Source of the DNA: Eledone cirrhosa
Taxonomy: Eukaryota
DNA: 64,000 bases
Reading direction: 5' to 3'
Assembly: GCA_964016885.1 (NCBI GenBank)
Contig: OZ024741.1
Coordinates: forward strand, 164,114,001-164,178,000
Positions 43,019 to 55,780 of the stretch are shown here, piece after piece. Within the stretch, counting starts at the first letter, position 1; each line of letters begins with the position of its first letter. A model generated the notes under the pieces. It saw only the letters and a list, made by a program, of their open reading frames with translations. It was not told where the DNA came from and ran no database searches. The translations under genes were made by a program, and so were the position numbers.

Positions 43019-43575
43019 TTATTTTAAATGAGTTTTTAAAAAAAGAGTTAATAAATAAATAAAACGTTATACTTGTTTTACCCTCCCATTTCCAATTAAA
43101 CCGAACGCTATCATGACTGTATGTGTGTATTTGTGTAAATGTATATGTGTGAATGTATGTATGTTTGTATGAATGTATGTGTATTTGTGTGAGTTATGTC
43201 CGTGAGTGTGTATTTTTATAAGTTTGTGTTTGCGCCATTATAGTTATATACTCATACATATAGATGTATTTGTGTGCGCACTCATACGTGTCAGTGTGTA
43301 GAAAATCATAATCTCTCTATCTCTCTCATCACACACTCTCTCTTTCTATATGTATTGTAGTTGAATCCGAAGAGGGCTCGATAAGGATAATATATATTTA
43401 AAATATATAAAAACCGTAGAGCAAATATTTATTAAAATAACAGATCGAAGTTTAAGCAAAGAATCGCTGCTTTCACCCTTAACAAAAGCAGCGATAAAAG
43501 TGAATATAAATGCAATTTCTCATGTGAATAACTCATACATACATACATACATACATACATACATACATACATACA

Positions 43576-43608
<33 letters not shown>

Positions 43609-43621
43609 CCACACTGTTTTC

Positions 43622-43652
<31 letters not shown>

Positions 43653-44548
43653 CGAGGTGTGTCAGAAAAGTTCCAGGACTGATGTCACAAAAGATTTATT
43701 TCAAACCCAAACTTCATACTAACAATTTTCTCCTTCAAAGTAATCCCCCTGGAGTATGTAACTGTAATCTTAGTTCTCTGCAGCAATCAAACTTTTTTCT
43801 TCATAATTTTATATCCATGTCCTCTGTTTCAGGTCGTCAAGCAATGAGCTCAGAGCAACGAACGGTTGGGGAAAACTCCGACAGAAGCACTGGGATTGCT
43901 GCAGCAAGTGTATGGAGATGAGACGATGTCACGCTCACGTGTTTTTGAGTGGTGCAAGAGGTTTAAAGAAGGACGCGAGGACGTGGAAGATGACCCCAGG
44001 AGCGGAAGGCCCTCAACAACCAGGACTGAGGTCAACGTTGAGCGCGTCAGGCAGATGGTGCGTAGCGATCGTCCGCTGACTGTTCGACTGATGGCAAATG
44101 AGCTGGGCATGAATCGGGACAGTGTCTGGAAGATTATCACTGAAGATTTGGACATGCGGAAAGTCTGCGCAAAGATGGTGCCAAAACTGCTGAACGATGA
44201 CCAGAAGGGTCTACGCATGCAAGTGTGCCAGGACAATCTCGAGCGTCTTGAAACCGAAAAAGACTTGCTAGGGACAGTCATCACCGGTGATGTGTCATGG
44301 ATCTTCGAGTACGATCCGGAGGGGACCCGTTTTGAAGACGTGGACGACATCAAAAAGGCCGTGACGACGGAACTGCTGAGGATCCCGGAAGAATCCTTCC
44401 AGGAGTGCATGGAAGTGTGGCAGAAAAGGATGGAAAAGTGCATTAGACTCCAGGGAGATTACTTTGAAGGAGAAACTCTTAGTGTGAAGTTTGGGTTTGA
44501 AATAAATCTTTTGTGACATCAGTCCTGGAACTTTTCTGACACACCTCG
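43653..44548 (+). mobile_element. Mariner transposon, internally deleted, ~102-bp inverted ends, inserted at TA
   Basis: TIR CGAGGTGTGTCAGAAAAGTTCCAGGACTGATG at both ends. ORF 43866..44516 has DDPRSGRP, KMVPKLL, ITGD, WIFEYDPE and GDYFEG. Confidence 0.95.
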
Positions 44549-44584
44549 TATATATATACACACACATATATATATATATATATC

Positions 44585-44675
44585 AAAATAACAGATTAAA
44601 GTTTAAACAAAGAATCGCTGCATTCACCCTTAACGAAGGCAGCGATTCTTTGTTTAAACTTTAATCTGTTATTTT
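44585..44675. repeat. 37-bp-arm hairpin built from a dispersed repeat terminus
   Basis: AAAATAACAGATTAAAGTTTAAACAAAGAATCGCTGC and its reverse complement. Confidence 0.88.
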
Positions 44676-44688
44676 TATATATATATAG

Positions 44689-44778
<90 letters not shown>

Positions 44779-44943
44779 CAAATGTTAATACTCACCCCCT
44801 CGTAAAACTTGTATATCACTCTCTCCGTCACATTTAGTTTGTCATGTTATTACTTGTGGTATATAAATATTGAGTTTTGTTGTAATAAATCACTGCCAAG
44901 ACTGAAATTGAACCATCAACTCAGTCATATCTCAATTCATATA

Positions 44944-45005
44944 TTTTATCTGATGAGGACGTACTGAAAAAACAGCACAGTACCTCCGAAATATATATAA
45001 TAAAA
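44944..45005 (+). ncRNA. Type I hammerhead in a solo pseudo-LTR (homologous to 16850-17055)
   Basis: TTTTAT-CTGATGA-GGACGTACTG..CAGTACCTCC-GAAA-TATATA-TA|ATAAAA. Confidence 0.82.
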
Positions 45006-45942
45006 GATATATTTTGATTATGTAAATGTCTCCATTTATTAATATTTTGAATAATATATATGTATGTATGTGTATATATGTACGAAGACAGTGTGGGTAT
45101 ATATATATGTGTATGTGTATGTATATATCAGTTATTCACATGAGAAATTGCATTTATGTTCACTTTTATCGGCGTTTATTAATATAAGGGAGATAATGAG
45201 GGTACAACTTTTTTTAGTGCATGGGAGATAATTCCTATTTGATTAAGTTATATATCACTAGCGGGATCCCGTGGAAATTTCATGGATGAAAACGTTAAGA
45301 GCTATTTAAGAGACGTTTCTCTAGTTATTATCTCTTCTCTCCTATTGTCTTAGTCTACCTTGCTCTAAAACGATTTGTACACATGCACACACACAATTCA
45401 TTACAATTGTGTCTATGTGCATACGTATACATATATATTTGTGTATAAATATAAACGCGCAAACACACACATACACTAACACAAGTGTAGCTAATATTGG
45501 AACGCTCCTTGCTATAGTGTTTCACCAGCCCCTTCCTTCTTCAATCATTTCATGTGTGTATGTAATAATTATTTTGTATAATGAGGCTATTCATGAATAT
45601 GTGTGTAGATGTGCGTATGTGTGTGTTTACACTTCTGTTGTCTGTATATCTGTTTATGTATTTACGTGTAGAAGTGTGTGTAACTAAAGCGTAACGAATG
45701 TTATGAATGGATGAAACAGAAGCAGCAGATGAAAAAGAGGTACTATTTAAGAAAAAAAAGATGATTTACATTTCTATTGCATATAAATCTTATTGTTGCT
45801 TGTTAAATATACAATAACAATCTATACAACACTTAATACATATACGATTCTTTAGTATTTGATTTTATTGAAACTGCAAGATTAATATATAATTACATAT
45901 TCCTCATTACGTAACATTTTATAATTACTATACATTATATGC

Positions 45943-46231
45943 CAGACATGGGCAACCTTTTTCGAGAAGCGGGCCGCATGAGATATGGCTCGGCATTAGC
46001 TGGGCCGCAAGCGCTACTTTACATTCGCGCCCAAATTAAACAAAAGGGCAGTAACTCAGGTTGTTTTGATTTGTTTCTTCAGAATTCGTACGTTGTTTTC
46101 CTCGATCGTAAAAATGATAGAAAGATAAATTATAACTGAAAAGTTGGGGTAAAAAGATCAGAAAGATTTCACTTAAGTGACTTAGGCGAACCATTCAGAA
46201 AGCTTCGCGGGCCACATGTTGCACATGACTG
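45943..46231. mobile_element. hAT-type MITE
   Basis: TIRs CAGACATGGGCAAC / GTTGCACATGACTG and 8-bp TSD TTATATGC/TTATATAC. Confidence 0.75.
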
Positions 46232-46254
46232 TTATATACAAATACAGGCGGTAG

Positions 46255-46436
46255 ATTGGCAGTATCAGTAGAGCGTCAGACACCATGCTTTGCCAATAGA
46301 GTTATGGCCCTTTGTTCTCTGAGTTCAAATCCTGCCGAGGTTAAAACTTTGCCTTTCATCCTTACAGGGTCGATAAAATAAAGTACTAGTAATGCACTGG
46401 GAAAATTGCTGGCGTTGTGCCAAAAGTAGAAACAAT
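46255..46436 (+). mobile_element. tRNA-derived SINE (same family as 17171)
   Basis: GATTGGCAG...GAGTTCAAATCC...GTGCCAAAAGTAGAAACAAT. Confidence 0.8.
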
Positions 46437-46879
46437 AACATGCAAATACAAAACGATATAGAGAATATATTGGGTCAAGTATGAAATTTGTTGACATTTG
46501 TAGAAAAAAAACAAATTTCTACAAATTTCATACTTGATGACCCAATACATAATCTTTTTATTAACCTGATTAGTTTCAATTCTATTTCAACTTGCAACAT
46601 GACTCAGAATTATCTTAACTGTTTGTATTACAATGTTCTTTGTCACAGTTTTATTACCTCGCATCCCTTGCTTACCCGTGTTCAATACTTTAATTTTTAC
46701 ATCTGACTGTCTGCAAACTCTAGACCTGTCAACTCTCCCCGTCCAACAGGGAGATCTCCCCATTTTGGTTCATGAGAATATTTTTCAACACACTGACGCG
46801 TATGTGTATGTGTGTGCGTGTGCATATAAATATAAATGCATAAACACAGACACACTTATAAAACTCAGATATACATTCA

Positions 46880-49596
46880 TACAAATAAACTACCATCAGG
46901 ACACACAGCTTTGCGATATCCTCAGAGTTGCTGCCAAGAAAACAGCCACTTATGTGTTTATTGCAGGTGACTTCAATCATCCTGAGATCGATTGGGAAAC
47001 CTTTCGTTGACCACAGGGTGCAAACGATTTCCTTCAACTAGTGCTGGACTCAAACTGGTCACAAGTAGTCACCTCTCCAACAAGAGGTGACAACACTTTG
47101 GACCTGATCTTCACCACTACTCCTGAAGTGGTTATCAGTTGTACTACTGAGGAACCTCTAGGCGACTCTGATCATGCTATGATCATTGCCAATCTGGCAC
47201 TTGAGGGCAGCAACAAAAACCAGAGCCATCTCCAATCTGCTTGCTTTGATTGGAAGAGGGCAGATTGGAACTTGTACTGCACTGAGCTACAGCGCCCAAA
47301 CTGGCATGAGATGTATAACTCTGGAGATGTGAACTCTATACTCCAGAGCATCCTGGACTCAATATGGATAGCGTGTGCAGCATCAGTGCCACGGAAGCGG
47401 AAAAATAACCACCCCAAAAGTGCAATCTGGGAAACTTCAGCAGTCCGACTTGCCAGGAAAGAACGTCGGAACGCTGAACGGGAATATAAACTGCATAGAT
47501 CAGATGCCAACAGAAAAAAGCGGAATAAATCTTCTAACCATCTCAAGCAAGTGACAAAGAAGGCAGTGCTTGAATTTGAACAGTGCATCGCAACCAATCC
47601 CGACAGTAAGGTGTTCTGGAATATGTTCATTCAAAGCAGAGACCTCACTCTCCAGTTGGTCCTCTTCGCAATCCCCACACAAGCCAGATCACTGACGATC
47701 CCAAGGAATGCGCAGAACTCATTGCTGAGTGCTATGCAAGTATTTTTACTGTTGAAAACCAGAATGTACCATCTCCACCATCTCTAACATCAAATTCCAT
47801 AACAACTATGGAATTTACACCTGCAATGTTGCGACGTCACCTTAAGAATAAGCGCAACTATGCCTCCCCTGGTCTTGATGGTGTGACATACCTGCTTCTC
47901 AAACGTGGCGGGGATTTCCTTTTGCGCCAGCTTTCTTTTTTCTTTCAATACTGTCTCAGCAATGGTGCTACTCCAGAGCAGTGGAAAACTGCCAGTGTCA
48001 TTCCCCTGTTCAAAAAGGGCAACCGCATGTCACCTGTCAACTATCGTCCAGTCAGTCTTACTAGCTGTATGGCCAAACTGATGGAATCCTGTGTCAGAGA
48101 AACACTTTGGAACTTCTGGAGCTCTCACAGCCTCATCCGGCCCTCACAGTTTGGATTTATCCCTAACTCCAGCTGCTGTGATCAGCTTATCGAGTTCCTT
48201 GAGGACATCACCCGGATCACTGACAGCGGCTCATGGGTGGATGTTGTTTACCTTGACTTTGCTAAGGCTTTTAATTCTGTGCCACACAAAAGACTTATGG
48301 CAAAACTCTCTGCAATGGGTGTGAGGGATGATCTTTTCGACTGGCTGAAATCCTTCATTCTCAGCCGAAAGGAAGTAGTCACAGTTCTAGGACAGCATTC
48401 TTCACCATATGAGATGTCATCTGGTGTACCACAGGGATCTGTTCTTGGTCCTCTTTTGTTTGTGGCATATATTAATGACATAGATGCCAACTTACAGAAT
48501 GCCACGGTACTAAAATATGCAGATGACATCAAGCTGTACCTTGAAATCAAAAGGACTGATCCTGAAATTTACAACTCTTTCCTACAATCAGACCTGGACA
48601 CAATGCAGCAATGGATCACAGACTGGCAACTGAAGCTGGCTGTGGACAAGTGTACCACCATGCATTTTGGAAGGAAAAATCCAGCGTCCACATACTCCCT
48701 CCACAACACTGACATCAAAAAGTCCTCTTGTGAACGTGACCTGGGCATTACTGTCAGCAACGATTTGCGTTGGACAAAGCATGTCTCTAAGATTGTCAAG
48801 AAGGCCGAGGGTGTCTTGGCATCACTCAGCAAGACCTTTGTTAGCCGCTCTCCAGCCATCTATTTAAAACTGTATACAGCTATGGTGCGACCACACTTGG
48901 AATTCGCATCATCAGTCTGGAACCCCTATCTTGCTCGGAACATTGACCTCCTGGAAACTGTTCAGAGACGTGCAACCAAGCGCATACCCTCCATCAGACA
49001 CCTACCATACTCTGAACGCCTTGCTTCCCTGGGCATGGATTCATTGAAGCTCCGACGTCTGGCAGTGGACTTGGTGAATACCCACAAAGTTTTTAACCAT
49101 CTCGCCAACTGCAACCCTGAGCGCCTCTTTGATCTCCATGTATCTAACACACGTGGTATGCCTACAAGATAAGAAAACAGCACAGCTCCCATGACTTTCG
49201 CAGACATTTTTTCACGCTCAGAGTTGCTGAAACATGGAACAAACTGCCTGCGTCAATTGTTAGCTGCCGAGACACTGCATCCTTTAAGACACTCATGCTT
49301 CCCGAAATACGCCAAAACTACACCTTATGTGCCCCTTCCATACACATGCACACGTGTGCACTGTTCATTTTACTGATGTTTGTGCATTGCCCTATGTACT
49401 GTACATGCACTTTTTTGATGGGTTGTGGTGCACCTGGGCACTGTGCACAATATTTCATTATTGTTATTATTATATCATGACTCATACACTGTTTATTTTC
49501 CTGACATTTGTACATTATTCTATGTACTATACATGCACCTTTGATGAGTTGTAGTGCACCTGAGCACTGTACACAATAATTTCATTATTATTATTA
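46880..49596 (+). mobile_element. CR1-group LINE, 5'-truncated (APE C-half + RT), with stops and frameshifts
   Basis: APE: GDFNHPEIDW, PTRGDNTLDL, SDH. RT: NYRPVSLTS, YLDFAKAF, GVPQGSVLGPLLF, YADD. Duplicated 3' UTR unit ending in (TAT)n. Confidence 0.93.
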
Positions 49597-50249
49597 TATA
49601 CATCCTCACAAACACACACATACATACATTCACACAAACACGTACATTTAGACAAACACATATACTCATATACAGCATAGCAAATGGAACGCCAGCCGCT
49701 GTTTTGCTATAGTTTTTCACCATCCCCTTCCTTCCTTTTGCACACACACACATTGTGTAACAGACAGAAGTCGCTCAAATTTATATAGAGATTTCTCTAT
49801 AGGACATAAAATCTCTCCATTTTTTGACAAACTTACAAAATCTACCCATGAAAACTCCGTTTCGAATATTTTGCAATATTTCTATTTACTTTGTTTTGCA
49901 ACTGCTTATTCAAGAAATTCTTTTTAAAAGATGTTTGTGTAGTCGATAATATAATAGAGGAGAAAAAGATTATTTTGGTGACTATTTTGCTTTGAATAAT
50001 AAAATCGAATGATTTCAACCAATCACGTGCGACCGTGTGTGTAGTAAAGAAATTACTCTTCGGTGTGTTGTGAAATTCGTTGTTTTTGTTTTGTTTTGGA
50101 AGAATGTTGTGGTCTATTCTCTATATCAAAGGAAACAGATAAGGACATTTCTGAAGAAGTATATAACGACAATGAGATTGAAATTCAACCGAAGAAGAAA
50201 AAGACTGCATTTTCAGGAAGTTTCAAATATACATTTTCATTAAAGACCA

Positions 50250-51362
50250 GGAATATCAACAGGTCCTAAAACATTTGTCTGTTCGCTGGTTGTCATTAGA
50301 ACATTGTTTAAACCGAATTTTGAAAACATTTCCAAGTTTGAAATCTTATTTTCTGAGTGAAAGTTGGAGTGATGAACGTTTTAAAAGGCTTCGAACTTGG
50401 TTTACAAATCCTCTTTTAGAGCCTGCTTTTTTATTTCACAGTTCCGTCATATCACTCTTTACAAACTTCAATTTATTGTTGGAGAAAAGAACCTACAATT
50501 CATTTACTCAAGTCATCCATGGAAAATCTTGGGAGGAAATTAGCACAACAGGTTGTAAAGCCCTATGTAGTGAAGGGGATTTCTTCCATAAGTGACATTG
50601 ATATTGATAACGATGACATATCTAAAGATCCTCAATTTATATATATGGGGGAGGTGATCAAATCCACTTTGAATAGACTTATAAGTGACGGAAGTATCAC
50701 AAAGGAGGAAAATGTAAGTATTTCACAAAGCAGTACAAGGATATTTCAAAGAATCTTTACATTACATTCAAAATAAATTTCTATTGAATGATGAAATTAT
50801 AACGAATAGTGTCCAGGTAGATGTTATGAAGTGAAACGATACCACATGGAAAGACATTGAGTTTTTCTTTACTAAGTCCAACTCTATCATTCATTGGAAA
50901 CATCAAGGTGGACAATTTGTATGATGAATTATGCGATTACCAGACTATGAAAGACAATGAGTTGTGAGACTACTTGGGTGGTGGCTAAAATTGTGGATGG
51001 AGTAGATGAGGACAAAAATGAGATCTTTCATATTGGATCAATGTTTTATGGTGGCCCATAGGTGAAATGCAAGTAGTTGGTACTCAAATGAAATGCTTTA
51101 AGAATCTGTGTAAACTTGCAGAATTGTTTTGGTCATTTCTCACAGCAACACTAAAGCAGAGCATTTATTCAGCATTGTGAGAAAAGATAAAACTGATTCT
51201 CTGGAACTTGACGGGACTTTATCCAACCTTTTAGTGATGAAGACATTTATTCCTGAGAGTGAAACACCCTGTGACAAGTCGGTTCCCTCTCAAGATGTTG
51301 TTAATTCAGCAAAGAAAGCTACAAAAACATACAATGATAAGCATAAATCATCAACACCATAA
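50250..51362 (+). pseudogene. hAT transposase remnant
   Basis: VRWLSLEHCLNRIL..LKSYF and C-terminal SHSNTKAEHLFSIV.KDKT, with many stops. Confidence 0.75.
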
Positions 51363-53054
51363 AATACAAAAAAGACTATTAATTTGCAACTGGATCTCTT
51401 TTGTTAGTTTTGTTTTGTTTTTTTATTTGTAACTGAAACTCTTAGTTTTATTTCAAAGAATTTATTCGTAAAATTTCATTTGAAATCATTACTGATGTTC
51501 TTCCATAAACTTTTGCAATAGCCTTTGGGGTGAGTGAGAGATGTCTTCACTTGTGAAAATGGGTATAGTTTTCATTATGTAAAATCTCCTCATTTTGCCT
51601 CAATTCTCCGTTTTGTGGCCCTTTTTTCATGCTACGGGGTTTATAAAACAAAGTACCAGTAATGTACTGGGTAATTGCTGGCCTTGTGCCAAAAGTAGAA
51701 ACAATTATTATTGATCCTGGTTTTAACTGGGGTTTGTGAGTAGTCATCCCAGGTGTAAGCGAGTTCAGAAATTCAGTAGACAATCTGTCTGCCTTTGTAG
51801 GTTCAGCAGTGAGCACACTGTCTGTACTGTAATAAGTATGGCTGTTGCCAGGGAGTTGTCTGAGAATCTCTTCATTAATTAATAGGCAATCAGCATTCTT
51901 GGGAGATAAAATGACACGCATTCTTTTCTCTTGTGTTGTATCGCTGAAAATGTGTTTCACTAAACAGTCATTTACACATGACAATGGAGGCACTTCCACA
52001 TCATCTTCATTCATATTCAGTCCTTCAACTGGAGGTGTTGTTCCATTACCAAGATGTAGTAGCCACTATAATATTATTGCTTAATCTAAAATGTTGAAAG
52101 AAGTGCCACAGATGGGAATTTTTCTAATGGGGCTTCACAGGTACTCCTTGGTAATATTTGCCTGAAGTCACCTCTCAAAAGCAAAACCTTTCCTCCAAAC
52201 ACTTTATTGACACCAGTGATGTCTTGGAGTCATTTGTGAATGACATGAATTGCATAGGAAGGAATCATAGAAGCCTCATCTAGTATTATGAGATCCAGGT
52301 TCTGTAAGTAATTGGCATGGTCAGATGAGCCAGTCACATTATATACACTGGTCTCTGTTAGTGGAACAGGTTGTTTGAATAAATTGTGCATATTTCTACC
52401 TCCCAGCAGCAGTGTAGATGATGCCGGTCCAAGCACTATAACATACCTGATAGTTATTCATCTGGAGGTGAATTATCAGTGTATTGAATAGGTATGTTTT
52501 GCCACACCCTCCAGGTGAATCTGCATAGAAGCAGGTATGTGCAGGCCTTTCACCTTTTCTTCTCTGTTGAACAGCATCAGCAATCATTTGTTGCTCTTCA
52601 GTAAGAGAATCAGGGTGGTTGATGTCAATTTGAGGATCAGGTTGAAACATCTGAATGGGCTGAGGTAGTATTGCGCAGTTGGTACCATTTTCAATCAATA
52701 TTGTATTAATGTAACCAAGTGCCATATTTTCAGCTTGCAGACCATCCATTCCTTGATGCAAATAGTCCTCAATCATTGACTACTTATGGGTGGTCCATAA
52801 TTGCAGTGCATTGGCTGGCACAGAATAAATGCACAGAGCAACGAACATCATGAAAAGTTGTGTTGGCATGTGGTGGGTAGCAGCTTCCTGCAGAGCTTGG
52901 CTTACATAGTCATCATTTTCAATAAGACACAAACTGGCCTCTTTGAAGGTTGAAAATGTTTCTCCCTCCACTGTTCGTAGTTCTTCTAAACTCTTAGCGC
53001 CTGGCACGTAAAGTAGATATTTTTCAATAATCCTGAGGCTGACTGTGTACATGT

Positions 53055-55400
53055 GAGGGCAGCATGGCGTGGAAGGCGGCCGGCACTGTGGCGACAGGAA
53101 AGCGGGTGGAGGCCAAAAGAGTCCACGGTGGACCGCAGCGACATTGGTGTGGCTCGCAGATCCGGAGGCCAAGCCTCAAGGAAACGGCAATGCGCAGGCT
53201 ATTGTTGTCTAGCTGCGTGCCAGTGGAGAAGGAGGGCAGGGCATGGAGCCAGGCACCACTGTGGGGTTTGGAGGCCGCACGAAGTGCTTTGGGGGGACTT
53301 GACGTCAACAAGAGGGTTCTATTGTTTAGAAGAACCCTGCTGACGAGGATGCGTCACGAGGTTACCGACGAAAGATACGCCGAGAAAGCCAGTGAGATCG
53401 GGAACCAAAGGCCAAGGCAGCCATACCTGAGAGGTAAAGTGGCCTGTTGCCATCCAATATCGTCAAACTTGACGTTGCATATCTCCTTGGCTGCTGTTCA
53501 GATACAAGTATCGAGGTCAGCGAGGATAGATGTCTGGGGGTAGCACGGAGCGCTGCAGAGTGTATGGAGGAGCTTCAGCATGGCAAAGCAGTTCCTCAAC
53601 AGAAAGAGAGCTGGGTGGCCGTCAATCAAGCCCAGTCGGCTCGTGAGTGTCTGCAGTTGTTGAAGCCTGGACCTGATAGTGGAGCGGATGGCCGGCAGGT
53701 AGATCGGTGACCCGAAGATGAGGACATCCTCTTTGGGGGTCACCTGTACCTGGTGGAGAATGGACCACACGTCCAAGACGGTGGCTGCAAAGCTCTCAGC
53801 ATCGTGGCTGACATTCACCACCTCCAACTTGGCCGAGTTGACCCGGAGGCCAATTCCCGCCAGGGCAGAAACCGATTGTAGGTCATGGCAGACAGTCGGT
53901 ACGGGCCCGCCCAACGTAGCATCATCCAGATACTAAAGGTTGAGAGGGGCCATGATACTCCAGGCGATGTGATCTATACCAAGGGCAAACAGGAGGGGTC
54001 CCAAAGGGTCGCCTTGTTGGACCCCAGTCACCGAAGGTATGACTGTATCAGCAGCAAGGAGCATGCTCGGGGCTCCATACGACAGGTAGGACAGCGGGTA
54101 GGCAGAGGCGGCTCAGCTGAGGCAGGCATCAAGCAGATGGTCCCGGCATAAGCAGCAGTTGAAGGCATTCCTCATGTCAAGCTTGACAATTAGGTGCCTG
54201 AAGTCCCTGGATGCCGGTTCCAGTGGGCAGCTGTTGAAGAACTGTCTGGTTGCATGTGCAGCCCCCTCACAGTCACCGTACACGCCGACACCCAGTTGCA
54301 CCGGACTGAACTCCTCACCCAGTTCGGGTGTTGTGGAGCTGCAGACCACATTGGCAGCCAGCCTCCGGAAGACATTGCCCACAGCGATGGGGCGTATGCC
54401 ACCCTCTTTCTTCCTGAGAGCAGTGAGGCAAGCCAAAAAAAAAGAGGTCTCGGGCGTGAGGGTCCAGTGTGCCATGGATGAGCCTATTGGTGAGCGCGAC
54501 AATTGCACTCAGAAGGCGGCACCCGGCCTCAGCGGAGATGGGAAATAGCAGCTCCTTGAGGTGGCCTGGTCGGAGACCATCAGCACCTCCACTGCTGCTA
54601 GCTGGGAAGGATACAAGGAACAAATGGGCATCGGGTGGGGGTATGGGTCTGAGATCAGCGGGTGGTTCAGGGTGCTTGAGTCACAGGGAAGCTAGGACCT
54701 CCTCGGTTGGTTGCGGCCGAGATATCACCCATGATTAATTTAGCATTTAGGAGTGGAGGATTGGGGGTACTCAAGGGTGGGGTGTGTGGTGTCCCTAGTC
54801 ACACTTGGAATGGGCACTTGCCCAAATGACGAAACATTGGCCTTGACAAAGGCTGCTATCGACTGGCCGTCCTGGTCAGCGCCAGAGCTGGGGAGGCCAA
54901 GGGCGAGTGGGACGAAATAAAAGAGTTGCTCCCAGTCGATGTCTCGATTGGAGTTCAGGGCGCTCTCAGTTGAGGAGGCCAGGGCATCAGCTACCGCTCT
55001 CGGGATCCTGAGTGGGATCTTCCGGAGCCACCTGAGCCAAGCGATGTTGACCAGCGAGGCTTGGGCGTCAGGAAAGCTCGCTGTCTCATCTGGTGGTGTG
55101 CCAGACGGACGTGGCTGGGCAGACGAGGGGAAGATGCAGTTCCTGCATCACCACACTGCGAGGGCACTGGAAGCTCGACGTGTCAAGCCAACACAGGTGA
55201 GGTGGTGGAAGCAGCCGCACCCTGAACAGTTCCGGCCACTCTTCCGTCTGTTAGTGGTGCTGCAAGTGCTGCAGGTGTCGGCTTGGAGGGGTGGGGGATG
55301 GGGCATAGGACCGGGGACTGGGGCACCAAGAGGTATCGGGGGTGAGTGGCTGGCATGTGTGGGTGGAAGGGAAAGTGCTGGTAAGAGGGCCTCATAGCTC
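53055..55400 (-). mobile_element. CRE-clade non-LTR retrotransposon (PHD-like finger, RT, partial C-terminus), decayed
   Basis: CSTC..CSGC..HLTC, SSGGADGLRPGHL, KKEGGIRPIAVG, QLGVG, KLDMRNAFN, GVQQGDPLGPLLF, YLDD and SGAWL. Confidence 0.92.
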
Positions 55401-55634
55401 ACCTACATCAGATATAGAGGCGTCAGAAGACAAGAGAGAAAAGAAGGGGGTGCATGGAGGGCAACACACAAGAAGGTAGAATGTTAGCAAATGAATGACT
55501 GAATGGATGTACAACAAAAAAAACAAAAAAACCCAAAGGTGGGGGGTAGAAAATACAGGGGGTTCAACTGTTGACTTCCGAAAGAGTTTGTATAATTGAA
55601 GCCGTGTGTTACTGTTCAGTATTATTATAATTGT

Positions 55635-55780
55635 TTTACAGCATAGAGCTACGGCCCTCCACGCTCCGGGCTCAAATACCGCTGAGGTCAACCCTGTCCT
55701 TTATCCCCACAGAGCCAACAAAACAAGGCACCAGCAATGCGCTGGGACATTGGCTGCTCCGTGCCAAGAACAGAATAATT
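55635..55780 (+). mobile_element. Diverged SINE (17171 family)
   Basis: CAGCATAGAGCTACGGCCC...GCTCAAATACCGCTGAGGTCAAC...GTGCCAAGAACAGAAT. Confidence 0.55.

Larger units (their letters stand above)
45258..49791 (-). mobile_element. Probable non-autonomous Helitron hosting a MITE, a SINE and a LINE
   Basis: 3' TCCATGAAATTTCCACGGGA + CTAG|T at 45258. 45330-45372 resembles the Helitron 5' coding region at 58310-58350. Possible 5' TCTCTATATAAA at 49791. Confidence 0.45.
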
